A stretch of 64,000 nucleotides of DNA from Selaginella moellendorffii (Eukaryota > Plantae > Lycopodiophyta): positions 933,820-997,819 of the forward strand of contig NW_003314302.1 in NCBI RefSeq assembly GCF_000143415.4, given 5' to 3'. Below, piece by piece: positions 52,755 to 64,000 of this stretch. The notes under the pieces were generated by a model. The model was given only the letters and a program-made list of their open reading frames with translations. It searched no databases and was not told the origin of the DNA. Numbering within the stretch: the first letter of the stretch is position 1; each line of letters opens with the position of its first letter. Made by a program: the position numbers and the translations under genes.

Positions 52755-55700
52755 TGTAAGCGACTAAATTTTCCATTCTACTTTAGTCACTTAACCACAC
52801 TTCCAACCACTTGGAGGAGTCTCATTCACCACCTCCATAAGTCCAATCCAGGACTTGGGACTTGCTAGCCCCGAGAATGGCATCCATGCCACTCAACATT
52901 TGCACTTGGTCCAAGTGCTCCACGTGTCCGATCCCATGACCGACACTCAAAGGTACCACCGACATAGCAGCCCGTTACGCTAAGGCCATGCCCAATCACC
53001 TTTGCCACACTGGTAGTCCAATACCACTTGCATCACAGTCTTGGCTCCCCAAGACTAGGCAAACCATCCGTGAGTGGTCATCTCAGATCCACTCCTTAGC
53101 ATCCTTAGGATGCCCACCGACAAGGGGAATAGCCTTCCCCAATATCCCTCTGTCAGTCCCCACTAAGTCCCTTTCTGCCCCTGGCCGTGTTTGCCAACAC
53201 TGCCACTGGACCGAGACCCACAGGCCCGACCACTAAGTCCCACGGTCCTCTGGGACTTCCTCACCACACGACTGTGTCCTTGGTCACTACCCCAGAGGAC
53301 TGCTCCTCTTCCTTTCCACAGTCTGGGCCTTTGGGACAACATTTCGGAACACCGTGGCCTTACGCGAGCCACCTGGGTACTCTCCCCGCCTTTCGCCTTT
53401 AGGTGCTCTAGCCATGGGCTTAGAGCGGGTTCCGTTGAGCCACACCAGGTATCCAAGTAGGTAGTGCCACCCACACTTGGATTGGGAGCATCGGCCAGTC
53501 GATCTCCCGGGGGAACTAGAGCCGGCTCTTGAACACTTCACCAAGCTACCCCGCTTGTCGGTCTGTGTTCACTCTAGTCTTGGACTTCCCAGTGGGCAGC
53601 TCATCACCCAACACTGGGTCCGGCCTTCCTGGGCCAAACTGGCCTTTCCTGGCCAAACTGGCTCCACTGCAGTCCTCCCCCTACTATACTTTTGGGGCTC
53701 ACCAAACCCCCCAGGGTCTGGGAGACGAACGCTTTGGGCTTTCACCCTCTCAGGCTCCGGACTCGGACTCGGACTCGGACTCGGACTCGGACTCCGACTC
53801 GGACTCGGATTCGGACTCGGGCTCGGGCTCGGTCTCGGCCTCGGCCTCGGTCTCGGTCTCGGTCCCGATCTCGGTCTCGGTCTCGGTCTCGGTCCCGGTC
53901 TCGGTCCCGGTCTCGGTCTCGACTTCGGACTCCATCTCGGACTCCATCTCGGACTCCATCTCGGACTCCATCTCGGACTCCATCTCGGGTCCATCTCGGG
54001 TCCATCTCGGACTCCATCTCGGACTCCATCTCGGGTCCATCTCGGACTCCATCTCGGACTCCATTTTGGGTCCATCTCGGGTCCACCTCGGACTCCATCT
54101 CGGACTCCATCTCGGACTCCATCTCGGGTCCATCTCGGACTCCACTTCAGACTCCAACTCGGGTCCATCTCGGGTCCACCTCGGACTCCATCTCGGACTC
54201 CATCTCGGACTCCACTTCGGACTCCAACTCGAGTCCATCTCGGACTCCACTTCGGACTCCAACTCGAGTCCATCTCGGACTCCACTTCGGACTCCAACTC
54301 GAGTCCATTTCGGACACTCCCACGTGTCATGTGTTGGTCCTTTTGGGTCCCTTTTTGGAGCCTTGCCTTTTGCTCACTTTGTGCTCGTTCCTCGAGCACT
54401 TCGTTGGGAGTTCCACTCCCGCTCTTGACTTTTCAAGTCGGAGCTTTTGGTCCAAACGTGTTACGCTCTTTTGGCTCTCGCTTCGGCCACTACCATGTGG
54501 CGCCCTTCCGGCTCCACTTTGGGGCCTAGGGATTTTGTGTCTCACAACTCCACCACCCATAGACGAAGTTCGATGTCCTCATCGAACGGTAAACCCTTTC
54601 ATAAAGTAACACCCACACGTGTTACTATTTCCATCCTTGGCACCTAGCCAATCTTTGTCTATGGTTTGACATCAAAGGCTCACCATGCCTTGTCCATCCT
54701 TTAAGGAGTGTAGTCTCTCCAACTTAGAGACTGATGGGACCACATGTAATGGTTCTCTCCTTTTATTGGTTTAGTTCTCGCTAAACCTCTTAGAGACCCT
54801 TCTCTAAGTCAATCCCACTACTCCTTCTCGAGTAGTCTCAATTTCCATCGATATAACCTTTGCACTTTGGAACTTTGAATTTTGACTTCTTGGAGTCAAT
54901 TTCCTAGGTGTCTCCAACACCTTGCATTGCACAGATTGTGCGACTTCACTTCCCTATCCTAGGAAGTTCATTACTTGAGGGCACCATCATCCTCTCTTCT
55001 ATTTCGTGCCACCTTGGGCACTAAGTTCCATTTATCACACTTTGTGCTAGGGTTGTCCATCGCCCTATCATTTGGCTACCTTACCGCTCCCTCCCTTGGA
55101 GCTTCCACTTTCGCCAAATCGGAGCAATTCGGAATCCCTCCTTGGAAACACACTTCCTTTCCCGCAACTTATTAGCGTCCAACACATTAGTGTTCCTCGC
55201 CTAACTTTGTCACTTGGATTCCTTCCAAGGGATTCCACGGCCCTATCTTGGCCACTCATCTTTTGCTCCTATCCGTTGATTGTTGCACCAAGCAACATCG
55301 AATCTCTACCTCCCTCCTTGAGGTATTGTTTCGGTTCCATAGCAAAGACTCTTCTTTGCCAAGTCCGGAGGATGTTCACCCCTAGTACGTCTCTTTAGCA
55401 TCTTCTGCTATGGGCTCTATCCACGGCCCAACTTCGTGACCCTCCCATGGGTCTTTTATAAAGACTACTTTCCTCGGACTCACTATGCCATCGCACGGAC
55501 ATAGTTTATTTCCCTTAGGTGCTCTTCCCACTTGGTTATCACGACCAAGCCACACCACCTTAAACAGTTCAATTTCAACATTTGAACCAGGAACTTCATT
55601 CCTTAGCCAACCAAGGACCTTGTCCTTTTCTGGCCATAAGATCACCTAGTGATCTCACCTTGGCACATTAACAGAGTTGCCAAGAGGTACTTGGTTTTCT

Positions 55701-58700
55701 AGACCTCCAAGTTGTTGACTATAACCCCGGGGGCATCCCCCACACTTGGCGGTGCACCCAAGCTAGCCCTTACGGCCAAGGGTTCATAGCAACTGAGATT
55801 AGGTGTCCCCATCTCACTCACCACGACCTTGGTGCCACTTGCACCAAAGTGTTCAAGTTAGATATGCTGAGCTTTCACACTAAGCAATCTAACCGTGCAT
55901 CACGACTCCGAGGCATCCCTCGCTTGGCGGTGTGCCCAAACCAGTCTCCCCACTGAGAGTCCATGACCACCGAAATATGAGTGTCCTCATATTCCAAACC
56001 ATCACCACGCCCTAGTGATTTGGGACTCGAACCCAAGCACTAGAGGGTCGGGACTCGAACCCAACCTCCGTATATGCATCTACGGACGGCATCACACTAG
56101 ATGCCTGGCGTGACTCCCCACGCCGGTGCACCAACTTATTTTTTAAAGCGCGCTACAGATCACAGCTTAGGAACCTAGTTCCTCCACACTGCCAAGTCCT
56201 CTCCCTTGACAGGTCTGTGATCATGCATGGACTCCTCCATGCTCGGCCCCATGGCCCACCCTTTTTGGAGTTATCACCTTCAACTAGGGTATTTGTTCCC
56301 CCGACGTTCCAATCTCACTTGGCAAGTCCTCCGACCATTGTAACATGGTTCCTGCATAAGCGTGAAAGTCCTTGACCATTAACTTTCGTTCAAAGCCCTC
56401 TCTTTGAACACTCGGGAACTACTTCCCTAACCTTGATAACCTTGCCTCATGGCAAGCTTCAAGACCACGCTTCTGCTGCGCCACCCTGATTTCACGCGTT
56501 CCATGAACCATTTACACTTGGCCTTTCTAGGTACTACGCTACCTAGAATCGTCTTTGGGAACCTTGAAGGAACTCTGTCCCTCAGCTTGCTAAGGCCTCC
56601 CCTTTCGCAAGCTTTATAGTTGCCATATAGTCTAACATGGACAATTCCATATTTTAGACTCTCCATGGCATCACGGTTGCTAGCAACAACATCCTCGAGC
56701 ACCCTCTTGATTCTCCACTCCCAACTTTCATAACCACTGTTGGATATGCCCTTTGATTTCTATGGTTCAATTCCATCCCAATACTACTTGCTTTTGGCTT
56801 CACACCTTTCCTTCGGTCATTCTCCTCCAGACCAGGAGGATAGCTTTGCACTTTCTATCATGCTTTAGCAAGTATTCTTAGGGATGGACCTACCCAATAG
56901 CCTAGGGAGTGGTTCCTCAATCCGGGTATGCTCACCTTATAATCCCACACACTGGGATTACATTGTTGCTTATGGGCCTTTACATGCCCATCATTAGCCT
57001 TGCCAAAATTCCATTTTTGGCTTTGTCCAATTCGGGTAGACAGTCCTCTCCTGTCTCCGCAACCTTGGACATTTGGATAGCACCTTCTATCCATCATTCG
57101 CTAGGGACTTAGTCCCTTGGGCTTTATCCATTGCCCTCGCGACATCAAACACCACCTTCTGGTGTTCTAGAGTGTCCGGATGTCCCAATGATGGCTTTCT
57201 TGACAATGAGTATTTCCTTTTATGACATTGACTTACTATATCGCAACACAAGCAACTTATCCCCCGTAAGGGTATATCCAACTTCCTTATGCTATTAAGA
57301 AGTCTTGGGTAGCTACCTTCTACCCGTTTAACCAGTTATTTTGCACCTCTTGCTTAGTTGCCTCATAGTTGTCAAGTCCTACAACTCATTGCTTGGTGCT
57401 TTCACACCTCCATCATTATCTGGGTCACCACACTCCAACTGCATGCTCTGCAACTTAGGCTATGCTATTCCCATTTCCATTGGGATTCCTTTGGCAAGGG
57501 GTTCTCATGAACCCACCAACATAGCCTCAAAGTATCACACCTTGGCACATTTGGTGTCTCCACACCATTGGCTCCACGAGCCTACCTCTATGACATTTCC
57601 CCTTCGTGTCTAAGTCTTTACCAAGACCAACACCGCTCTTTCTCATGCCAACCATCCGTTAGCACTGCACCATAGAGGTCACACACAACTTTATGTCAAA
57701 GTTGTTTTCTTCTGGGAACACCTTTCCCATAACTTTAGCATGGCACATTTTGCCATTGATGAGATACCCTCTGTTCTCATCCTTGGATCCTATGATTCCC
57801 CCCCATCCTTTATGGGGTACAACACACCTCAGTCCAAATGCTTCCATCAGTCCTTTTAGGACCATCCGTTGACTCTACTTGAGTCATCCAGCAGTTTTGG
57901 ACTTGGTTAATCCATAGACCCGTAAGGTCCTACTTGTGAGGTACTAGCTCACTGGAATACACTTCTTGCATTCCTGTCCTACTCAAAAGGACTATTTTCA
58001 CAAGTGTTACTCCGACACTTGATTTTGTTCTCTAGGGGTAACCTTTGCCCCTTAGGACTACTTGTCCATGTGATGAGAACACCAACTCATCCACTTAATA
58101 CACCCCCAACTCCTGGGGTTGTTCCAGCATTTATTAGAGGTAGCCCCGGCTACCTTTTCAAGGACTTGAGTCCTCTTCCATATTTGACCTCCCACGGTCA
58201 TTACTTCTGGTCTCACATTCATGAGCACCAACCTCAACTATATGAGGAAAATCTTGTGACTCCTTTATTGCTTTGGAGTCTTTATCTTTCCCGTGATCCC
58301 AATTGTAGTTGTTTACCACAACTACATTAGCCAGTTTGCTAAGTCAAACGCTCATCTGGATCACATCCTCAACTCCTTTGAGGAAAACCATATATTGTTC
58401 CCAAGATCCCAAAGTCGTTCCATTATTGGCCCTTTTCTATCTACCACCTCGTCTACAAGTTCACACACGAACTATAATGGAGAGCCATGTCTTCCCGACT
58501 TGCTACTCCTCAAGGATAGGCCCACTCCTCGGACCTTTCGATGCCAACACTAGTGGTGATATACTTGAGCACCAATAAAAGTCGGACTAAGGAACAGCTC
58601 CGATACCAAGTTGTAAGCGACTAAATTTTCCATTCTACTTTAGTCACTTAACCACACTTCCAACCACTTGGAGGAGTCTCATTCACCACCTCCATAAGTC

Positions 58701-60403
58701 CAATCCAGGACTTGGGACTTGCTAGCCCCGAGAATGGCATCCATGCCACTCAACATTTGCACTTGGTCCAAGTGCTCCACGTGTCCGATCCCATGACCGA
58801 CACTCAAAGGTACCACCGACATAGCAGCCCGTTACGCTAAGGCCATGCCCAATCACCTTTGCCACACTGGTAGTCCAATACCACTTGCATCACAGTCTTG
58901 GCTCCCCAAGACTAGGCAAACCATCCGTGAGTGGTCATCTCAGATCCACTCCTTAGCATCCTTAGGATGCCCACCGACAAGGGGAATAGCCTTCCCCAAT
59001 ATCCCTCTGTCAGTCCCCACTAAGTCCCTTTCTGCCCCTGGCCGTGTTTGCCAACACTGCCACTGGACCGAGACCCACAGGCCCGACCACTAAGTCCCAC
59101 GGTCCTCTGGGACTTCCTCACCACACGACTGTGTCCTTGGTCACTACCCCAGAGGACTGCTCCTCTTCCTTTCCACAGTCTGGGCCTTTGGGACAACATT
59201 TCGGAACACCGTGGCCTTACGCGAGCCACCTGGGTACTCTCCTCGCCTTCTGCCCTTGGGTGCTCTAGCCATGGGCTTAGAGCGGGTTCCGTTGAGCCAC
59301 ACCAGGTATCCAAGTAGGTAGTGCCACCCACACTTGGATTGGGAGCATCGGCCAGTCGATCTCCCGGGGGAACTAGAGCCGGCTCTTGAACACTTCACCA
59401 AGCTACCCCGCTTGTCGGTCTGTGTTCACTCTAGTCTTGGACTTCCCAGTGGGCAGCTCATCACCCAACACTGGGTCCGGCCTTCCTGGGCCAAACTGGC
59501 CTTTCCTGGCCAAACTGGCTCCACTGCAGTCCTCCCCCTACTATACTTTTGGGGCTCACCAAACCCCCCAGGGTCTGGGAGACGAACGCTTTGGGCTTTC
59601 ACCCTCTCAGGCTCCGGACTCGGACTCGGACTCGGACTCGGACTCGGACTCCGACTCGGACTCGGATTCGGACTCGGGCTCGGGCTCGGTCTCGGCCTCG
59701 GCCTCGGTCTCGGTCTCGGTCCCGATCTCGGTCTCGGTCTCGGTCTCGGTCCCGGTCTCGGTCCCGGTCTCGGTCTCGACTTCGGACTCCATCTCGGACT
59801 CCATCTCGGACTCCATCTCGGACTCCATCTCGGACTCCATCTCGGGTCCATCTCGGGTCCATCTCGGACTCCATCTCGGACTCCATCTCGGGTCCATCTC
59901 GGACTCCATCTCGGACTCCATTTTGGGTCCATCTCGGGTCCACCTCGGACTCCATCTCGGACTCCATCTCGGACTCCATCTCGGGTCCATCTCGGACTCC
60001 ACTTCAGACTCCAACTCGGGTCCATCTCGGGTCCACCTCGGACTCCATCTCGGACTCCATCTCGGACTCCACTTCGGACTCCAACTCGAGTCCATCTCGG
60101 ACTCCACTTCGGACTCCAACTCGAGTCCATCTCGGACTCCACTTCGGACTCCAACTCGAGTCCATTTCGGACACTCCCACGTGTCATGTGTTGGTCCTTT
60201 TGGGTCCCTTTTTGGAGCCTTGCCTTTTGCTCACTTTGTGCTCGTTCCTCGAGCACTTCGTTGGGAGTTCCACTCCCGCTCTTGACTTTTCAAGTCGGAG
60301 CTTTTGGTCCAAACGTGTTACGCTCTTTTGGCTCTCGCTTCGGCCACTACCATGTGGCGCCCTTCCGGCTCCACTTTGGGGCCTAGGGATTTTGTGTCTC
60401 ACA
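52755..60403 (-). mobile_element. Intact 7649-bp LARD-like LTR element C (young)
   Basis: TSD TATGA (52750-52754 / 60404-60408). Two 1792-bp LTRs (52755-54546, 58612-60403), apparently identical except for one small patch. PBS at 58597-58608; PPT at 54547-54558. Confidence 0.95.
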
Positions 60404-63400
60404 TATGACCTCTATGGTGCAGTACTAACGGATGGTTGGCACAAGAAAGAGTGGTATTGGTCTTGGCAAAGACTTAGACACAAAGAAGAAGTGTCATAGA
60501 GGTAGGCTCCTGGAGCCGATGGTGTGGAGACACCAAATGTGCCAAGGTGTGATACCTTGAGGCTATGTTGGTGGGTTCATAAGAACCCCTTGCCAAAGGA
60601 ATCCCAATGGAAATGGGAATGGCATATCCTAAGTTGCAGAGCATGCAGTTGGAGTGTGGTGACCCAGATAATGATGGAGGTGTGGAAGCACCAGCAATGA
60701 GTTGTAGGACTTGACAACTATGAGGCAACTAGGCAAGAGGTGCAAAATAACTGGTTAAACGGGTAGAAGGTAGCTACCCAAGACTTCTTAATAGCATAGG
60801 GAAGTTGGATATACCCTTACGGGGGATAAGTTGCTTGTGTTGCGATATAGTAAGTCAATGTCATAAAAGGAAATACTCATTGTCAAGAAAGCCATCATTG
60901 GGACACCCGAACACTCTAGAACACCAGAAGGTGGTGTTTGATGTCGCGAGGGCAATGGATAAAGCCCAAGGGACTAAGTCCCTAGCGAATGATGGATAGA
61001 AGGTGCTATCCCAAATGTCCAAGGTGGCAGAGACAAGAGAAGACTGTCTACTCGAACTGGACAAAGCCAAAAATAGAATTTTGGCAAGGCTAGCGATGGG
61101 CATGTAAAGGCTCATAAGCAACAACGTAATCTCGGTGTGTGGGATTATAGGGTGAGCATACCTGGATTGAGGAACCACTCCCTAGGCTATCGGGTAGGTT
61201 CATCCCTAAGAATACTTGCTAAGGCATGATAGAAAGTGCAAAGCTATCCTCCTAGTCTGGAGGAGAATGACCAAAGGAAAGGTGTGAAGCCAAAAGCAAG
61301 AAGTAAAGGGGTAGAACCGAACCATAGGAATCGAAGGGCATAACCAAGGTTGGTTATGCCAGCTGGGAGTGGAGAATCAAGTGGGGGCTTGAGGGTGTTG
61401 CCGTTAGCAACCGTGATGCCATGGAGAGTCTAAAATATGGAATTGTCCATGTTAAACTATATGGTAATTGGAAAGCTTGCAAAAAGGGAGGCCTTAGCAA
61501 GTTAAAGGACAGAGTTCCTTCAAGGTTCCCAAAGATGATTCTAGGTAACTTAGTACTTAGAGAGGCCAAGTGTAAATGGTTCATGAAACGTGCGAAATCA
61601 GAGTGGCGCAGCAGAAGCGTGGTCTTGAAGCTTGCCATGAGGCAAGGCTATCAAGGTTAGGGAAGTAGTTCCCGAGTGTTCAAAGAGAGGGCTTTTAATG
61701 AAAGTCGATGATCAAGGGCTTTCACGCTTGTGCAGGAACCATGTTACAGTGGTCAGAGGGCTTGCCAAAGTGAGATTGGCAAGTCAGGGGAACAAATACC
61801 CTAGTTGAAGGTGATAACTTCAAAAGGGGTGGGCCATGGGGCCAAGCATGGAGGAGTCAATGCATGATCACCAACTTGTCAAGTGAGAGGACTTGGCAGT
61901 GTGGAGGAACTAGGTTCCTAAGCTGTGATCTGTAGCGCGCTTTGAGTATAAGTTGGTGCACCGGCGTGGGGAGTCACGCCAGGCATCTTGTGTGATGCCG
62001 TCCGTAGATGCATATACGGAGGTTGGGTTCGAGTCCCGACCCTCTAGTGCTTGGGTTCGAGTCCCAAATCACTAGGGCGTGGTGATGGTTTGGAATATGA
62101 GGACACTCATATTTCGGTGGTCATGGACTCTCAGTGGGGAGACTGGTTTGGGCACACCGCCAAGCAAGGGATGCCTCGGAGTCGTGATGCATGGTTAGAT
62201 TGCTTAGTGTGAAAGCTCGGCATATCTAACTTGAACACTTTGGTGCAAGTGGCACCAAGGACGTGGTGAGTGAGATGGGGACACCTAATCTCAGTTGCTA
62301 TGGACCCTTGGCCGGAAGGGCTAGCTTGGGCGCACCGCCAAGTGTGGGGGTCGTAGTTAACAAGTTAAAGGTCTGGAAGACCTAGTATCTATTGGCAAAC
62401 TTGTTAAGGTGCCGAGGTGAAATCACTAGGTGATCTTGTGGCTAAATAAGGACAAGGTCCTTGTTTGGGTTAAGGAATAAGGTTCCTAGTTCAAAGTGTT
62501 GATTTGAACTATTGATGATGGTGTGGCTTGGTCAAGGTGACCAAGTGGGAAAAGCACCTTAGGGAAATGAGCTATGTCATTGCGATGGCATAGTGTGTCC
62601 AAGGAAAGTAGTCTCTAAAGAGACCCATGAGAGGGTCACAAAGTTGGGCCGAGGATAGAGCCCACAGCAAAAGATGCTAAAAGAGACTTACTAGGGGTGA
62701 ACACCCTAGTCTTGGCAAAGCAAAGCCTTTGCTATGGGATCAAAAGAACACCGCAAGGAGGGAGGTAGAGATTCGATGTTGCTTGGTGCAACAATTAATT
62801 GATAGGAGCAAAAGATGAGTGGCCAAGATAGGGCCGTGGAATTCCTTGGAAGGAATCCAAGTGACAAAGTTAGGCGAGGAACACTAATGTGTTGGACGCT
62901 AACAAATTGCGGGAAAGGAAGTGTGTTTCCAAGGATGGATTCCGAATTGCTCCGATTTGGCGAAAGTGGAAGCTCTAAGGGAGGGAGCGGTAAGGTAGCC
63001 AAATGATAGGGCGATGGACAACCCTAGCACAAAGTGTGATAAATGGAACTTAGTGCCCAAGGTGGCACGAAATAGAAGAGAGGATGATGGTGCCCTCAAG
63101 TAATGAACTTCCTAGGATAGGGAAGTGGAGTTGCACAATTTGTGCAATGCAAGGTGTTGGAGACACCTAGGAAATTGACTTCCAAAAGTCAAAAGAGTAG
63201 AAGATCCAAGGTGCAAACATTTAATAGATGGAAATTGAGACTACTCGAGAAAGAGTAGTGGGATTGACTTAGAGAAGGGTCTCTAAGAGGTTTAGCAAGA
63301 ACTAAACCAATAAAAGGAGAGAACCACTACATGTGGTCCAATCAGTCTCTAAGTTGGAGAGACTACCCTCCTTAGAGGATAGGCAAGGCATGGTGAGCCT

Positions 63401-63575
63401 TTGGTGTCAAAACCATTGACGCATATGCAAAAGGCATGGTGAGCCTTCAATGTCAAACCATTGACAAATATTGGCTAGGTGCCAAGGATGGAAATGGTAA
63501 CACATGCGAGTGTGACTTTACAAAATGGTTTACCGTTCGATGAGGACATCGAACTTTGTCTATGGGTGGTGGAGT

Positions 63576-64000
63576 TGTGAGACACAAAATCCCTAGGCCC
63601 CAAAGTGGAGCCGGAAAGGGTGCCATGTGGTAGTGGCTGAAGTGAGAGCCAAACGAGCGTAACACGTTTGGACCAAAAGCTCCGACTTGAAAAGTCAAGA
63701 GCGGGAGTGGAACTCCCAACGAAGTGCTCGAGGAACGAGCACGAAGCGAGCAAAAAGCGAGGCTCCAAAAAGGGACCCAAAAGGACCAACACATGACACG
63801 TGGAAGTGTCCGAGATGGACTCGAGTTGGAGTCCGAAGTGGAGTCCGAGATGGACTCGAGTTGGAGTCCGAAGTGGAGTCCGAGATGGACTCGAGTTGGA
63901 GTCCAAAGTGGAGTCCGAGATGGACTCGAGTTGGAGTCCGAAATGGAGTCCGAGATGGACTCGAGTTGGAGTCCGAAGTGGAGTCCGAGATGGAGTCCGA
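63576..64000 (+). repeat. 3' LTR of B (partial) with five 35-bp higher-order repeats
   Basis: GAGATGGACTCGAGTTGGAGTCCGAAGTGGAGTCC x5 at 63812-63986. Confidence 0.9.

Larger units (their letters stand above)
50066..64000 (+). mobile_element. LARD-like LTR element B (same family as A), running off the window end and containing element C
   Basis: 5' LTR 50066-51826; PBS TGGTATCGGAGC 51830-51841; internal region 51827-52754 plus 60409-63575; PPT, then 3' LTR from 63576. Confidence 0.9.

Noticed and set aside
56500-56815. Possible antisense integrase remnant (…FGFTPF) in the LARD interior
   Set aside because: It is only a short motif and the order relative to other candidate motifs is wrong; not supportable without tBLASTn.

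Overview
This is a repeat-dense eukaryotic window, very probably a land plant: it has a TTTAGGG tract and chromovirus-type Ty3/Gypsy relics, and its very short ~45-57 nt introns suggest a non-seed plant such as a lycophyte (inference). No host gene is recognisable. The window is a nest of elements, most bounded by target-site duplications (TSDs). A 700-bp tandem repeat derived from a hAT BED finger lies at 1-1835. An old chromovirus (O) is split by a second chromovirus (X, 6063-47872, TSD TATGG). X contains two solo LTRs and a non-coding LARD-like LTR element (A, 14718-46371, TSD CTACA) whose LTRs carry GAGATGGAGTCC/GAGACC/GAGTCC arrays. Two more members of that family follow: B from 50066, and C at 52755-60403 (TSD TATGA). 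The most interesting component is a 12.1-kb DNA transposon in three copies: 18228-30350 (complete, 24-bp TIRs, 4-bp TSD GTGT), 33893-45749 (inverted) and 48576-50065 (partial). It encodes a Sola-like DDE transposase and a divergent, ~1650-codon, 11-exon cargo gene. That gene appears to join a ParB/Srx-like domain, a degenerate N4/N6 DNA-methyltransferase-like domain, an acidic disordered region and an FCP1/NIF-type HAD phosphatase domain. About 22 copies of a 22-bp palindrome (ATGGCRTGNGGCCNCAYGCCAT) are spread through the element's introns, UTRs, intergenic region and CDS. This suggests a self-recognition or anti-silencing system (hypothesis). All domain calls are by-eye motif recognition and need HMM or structure confirmation.
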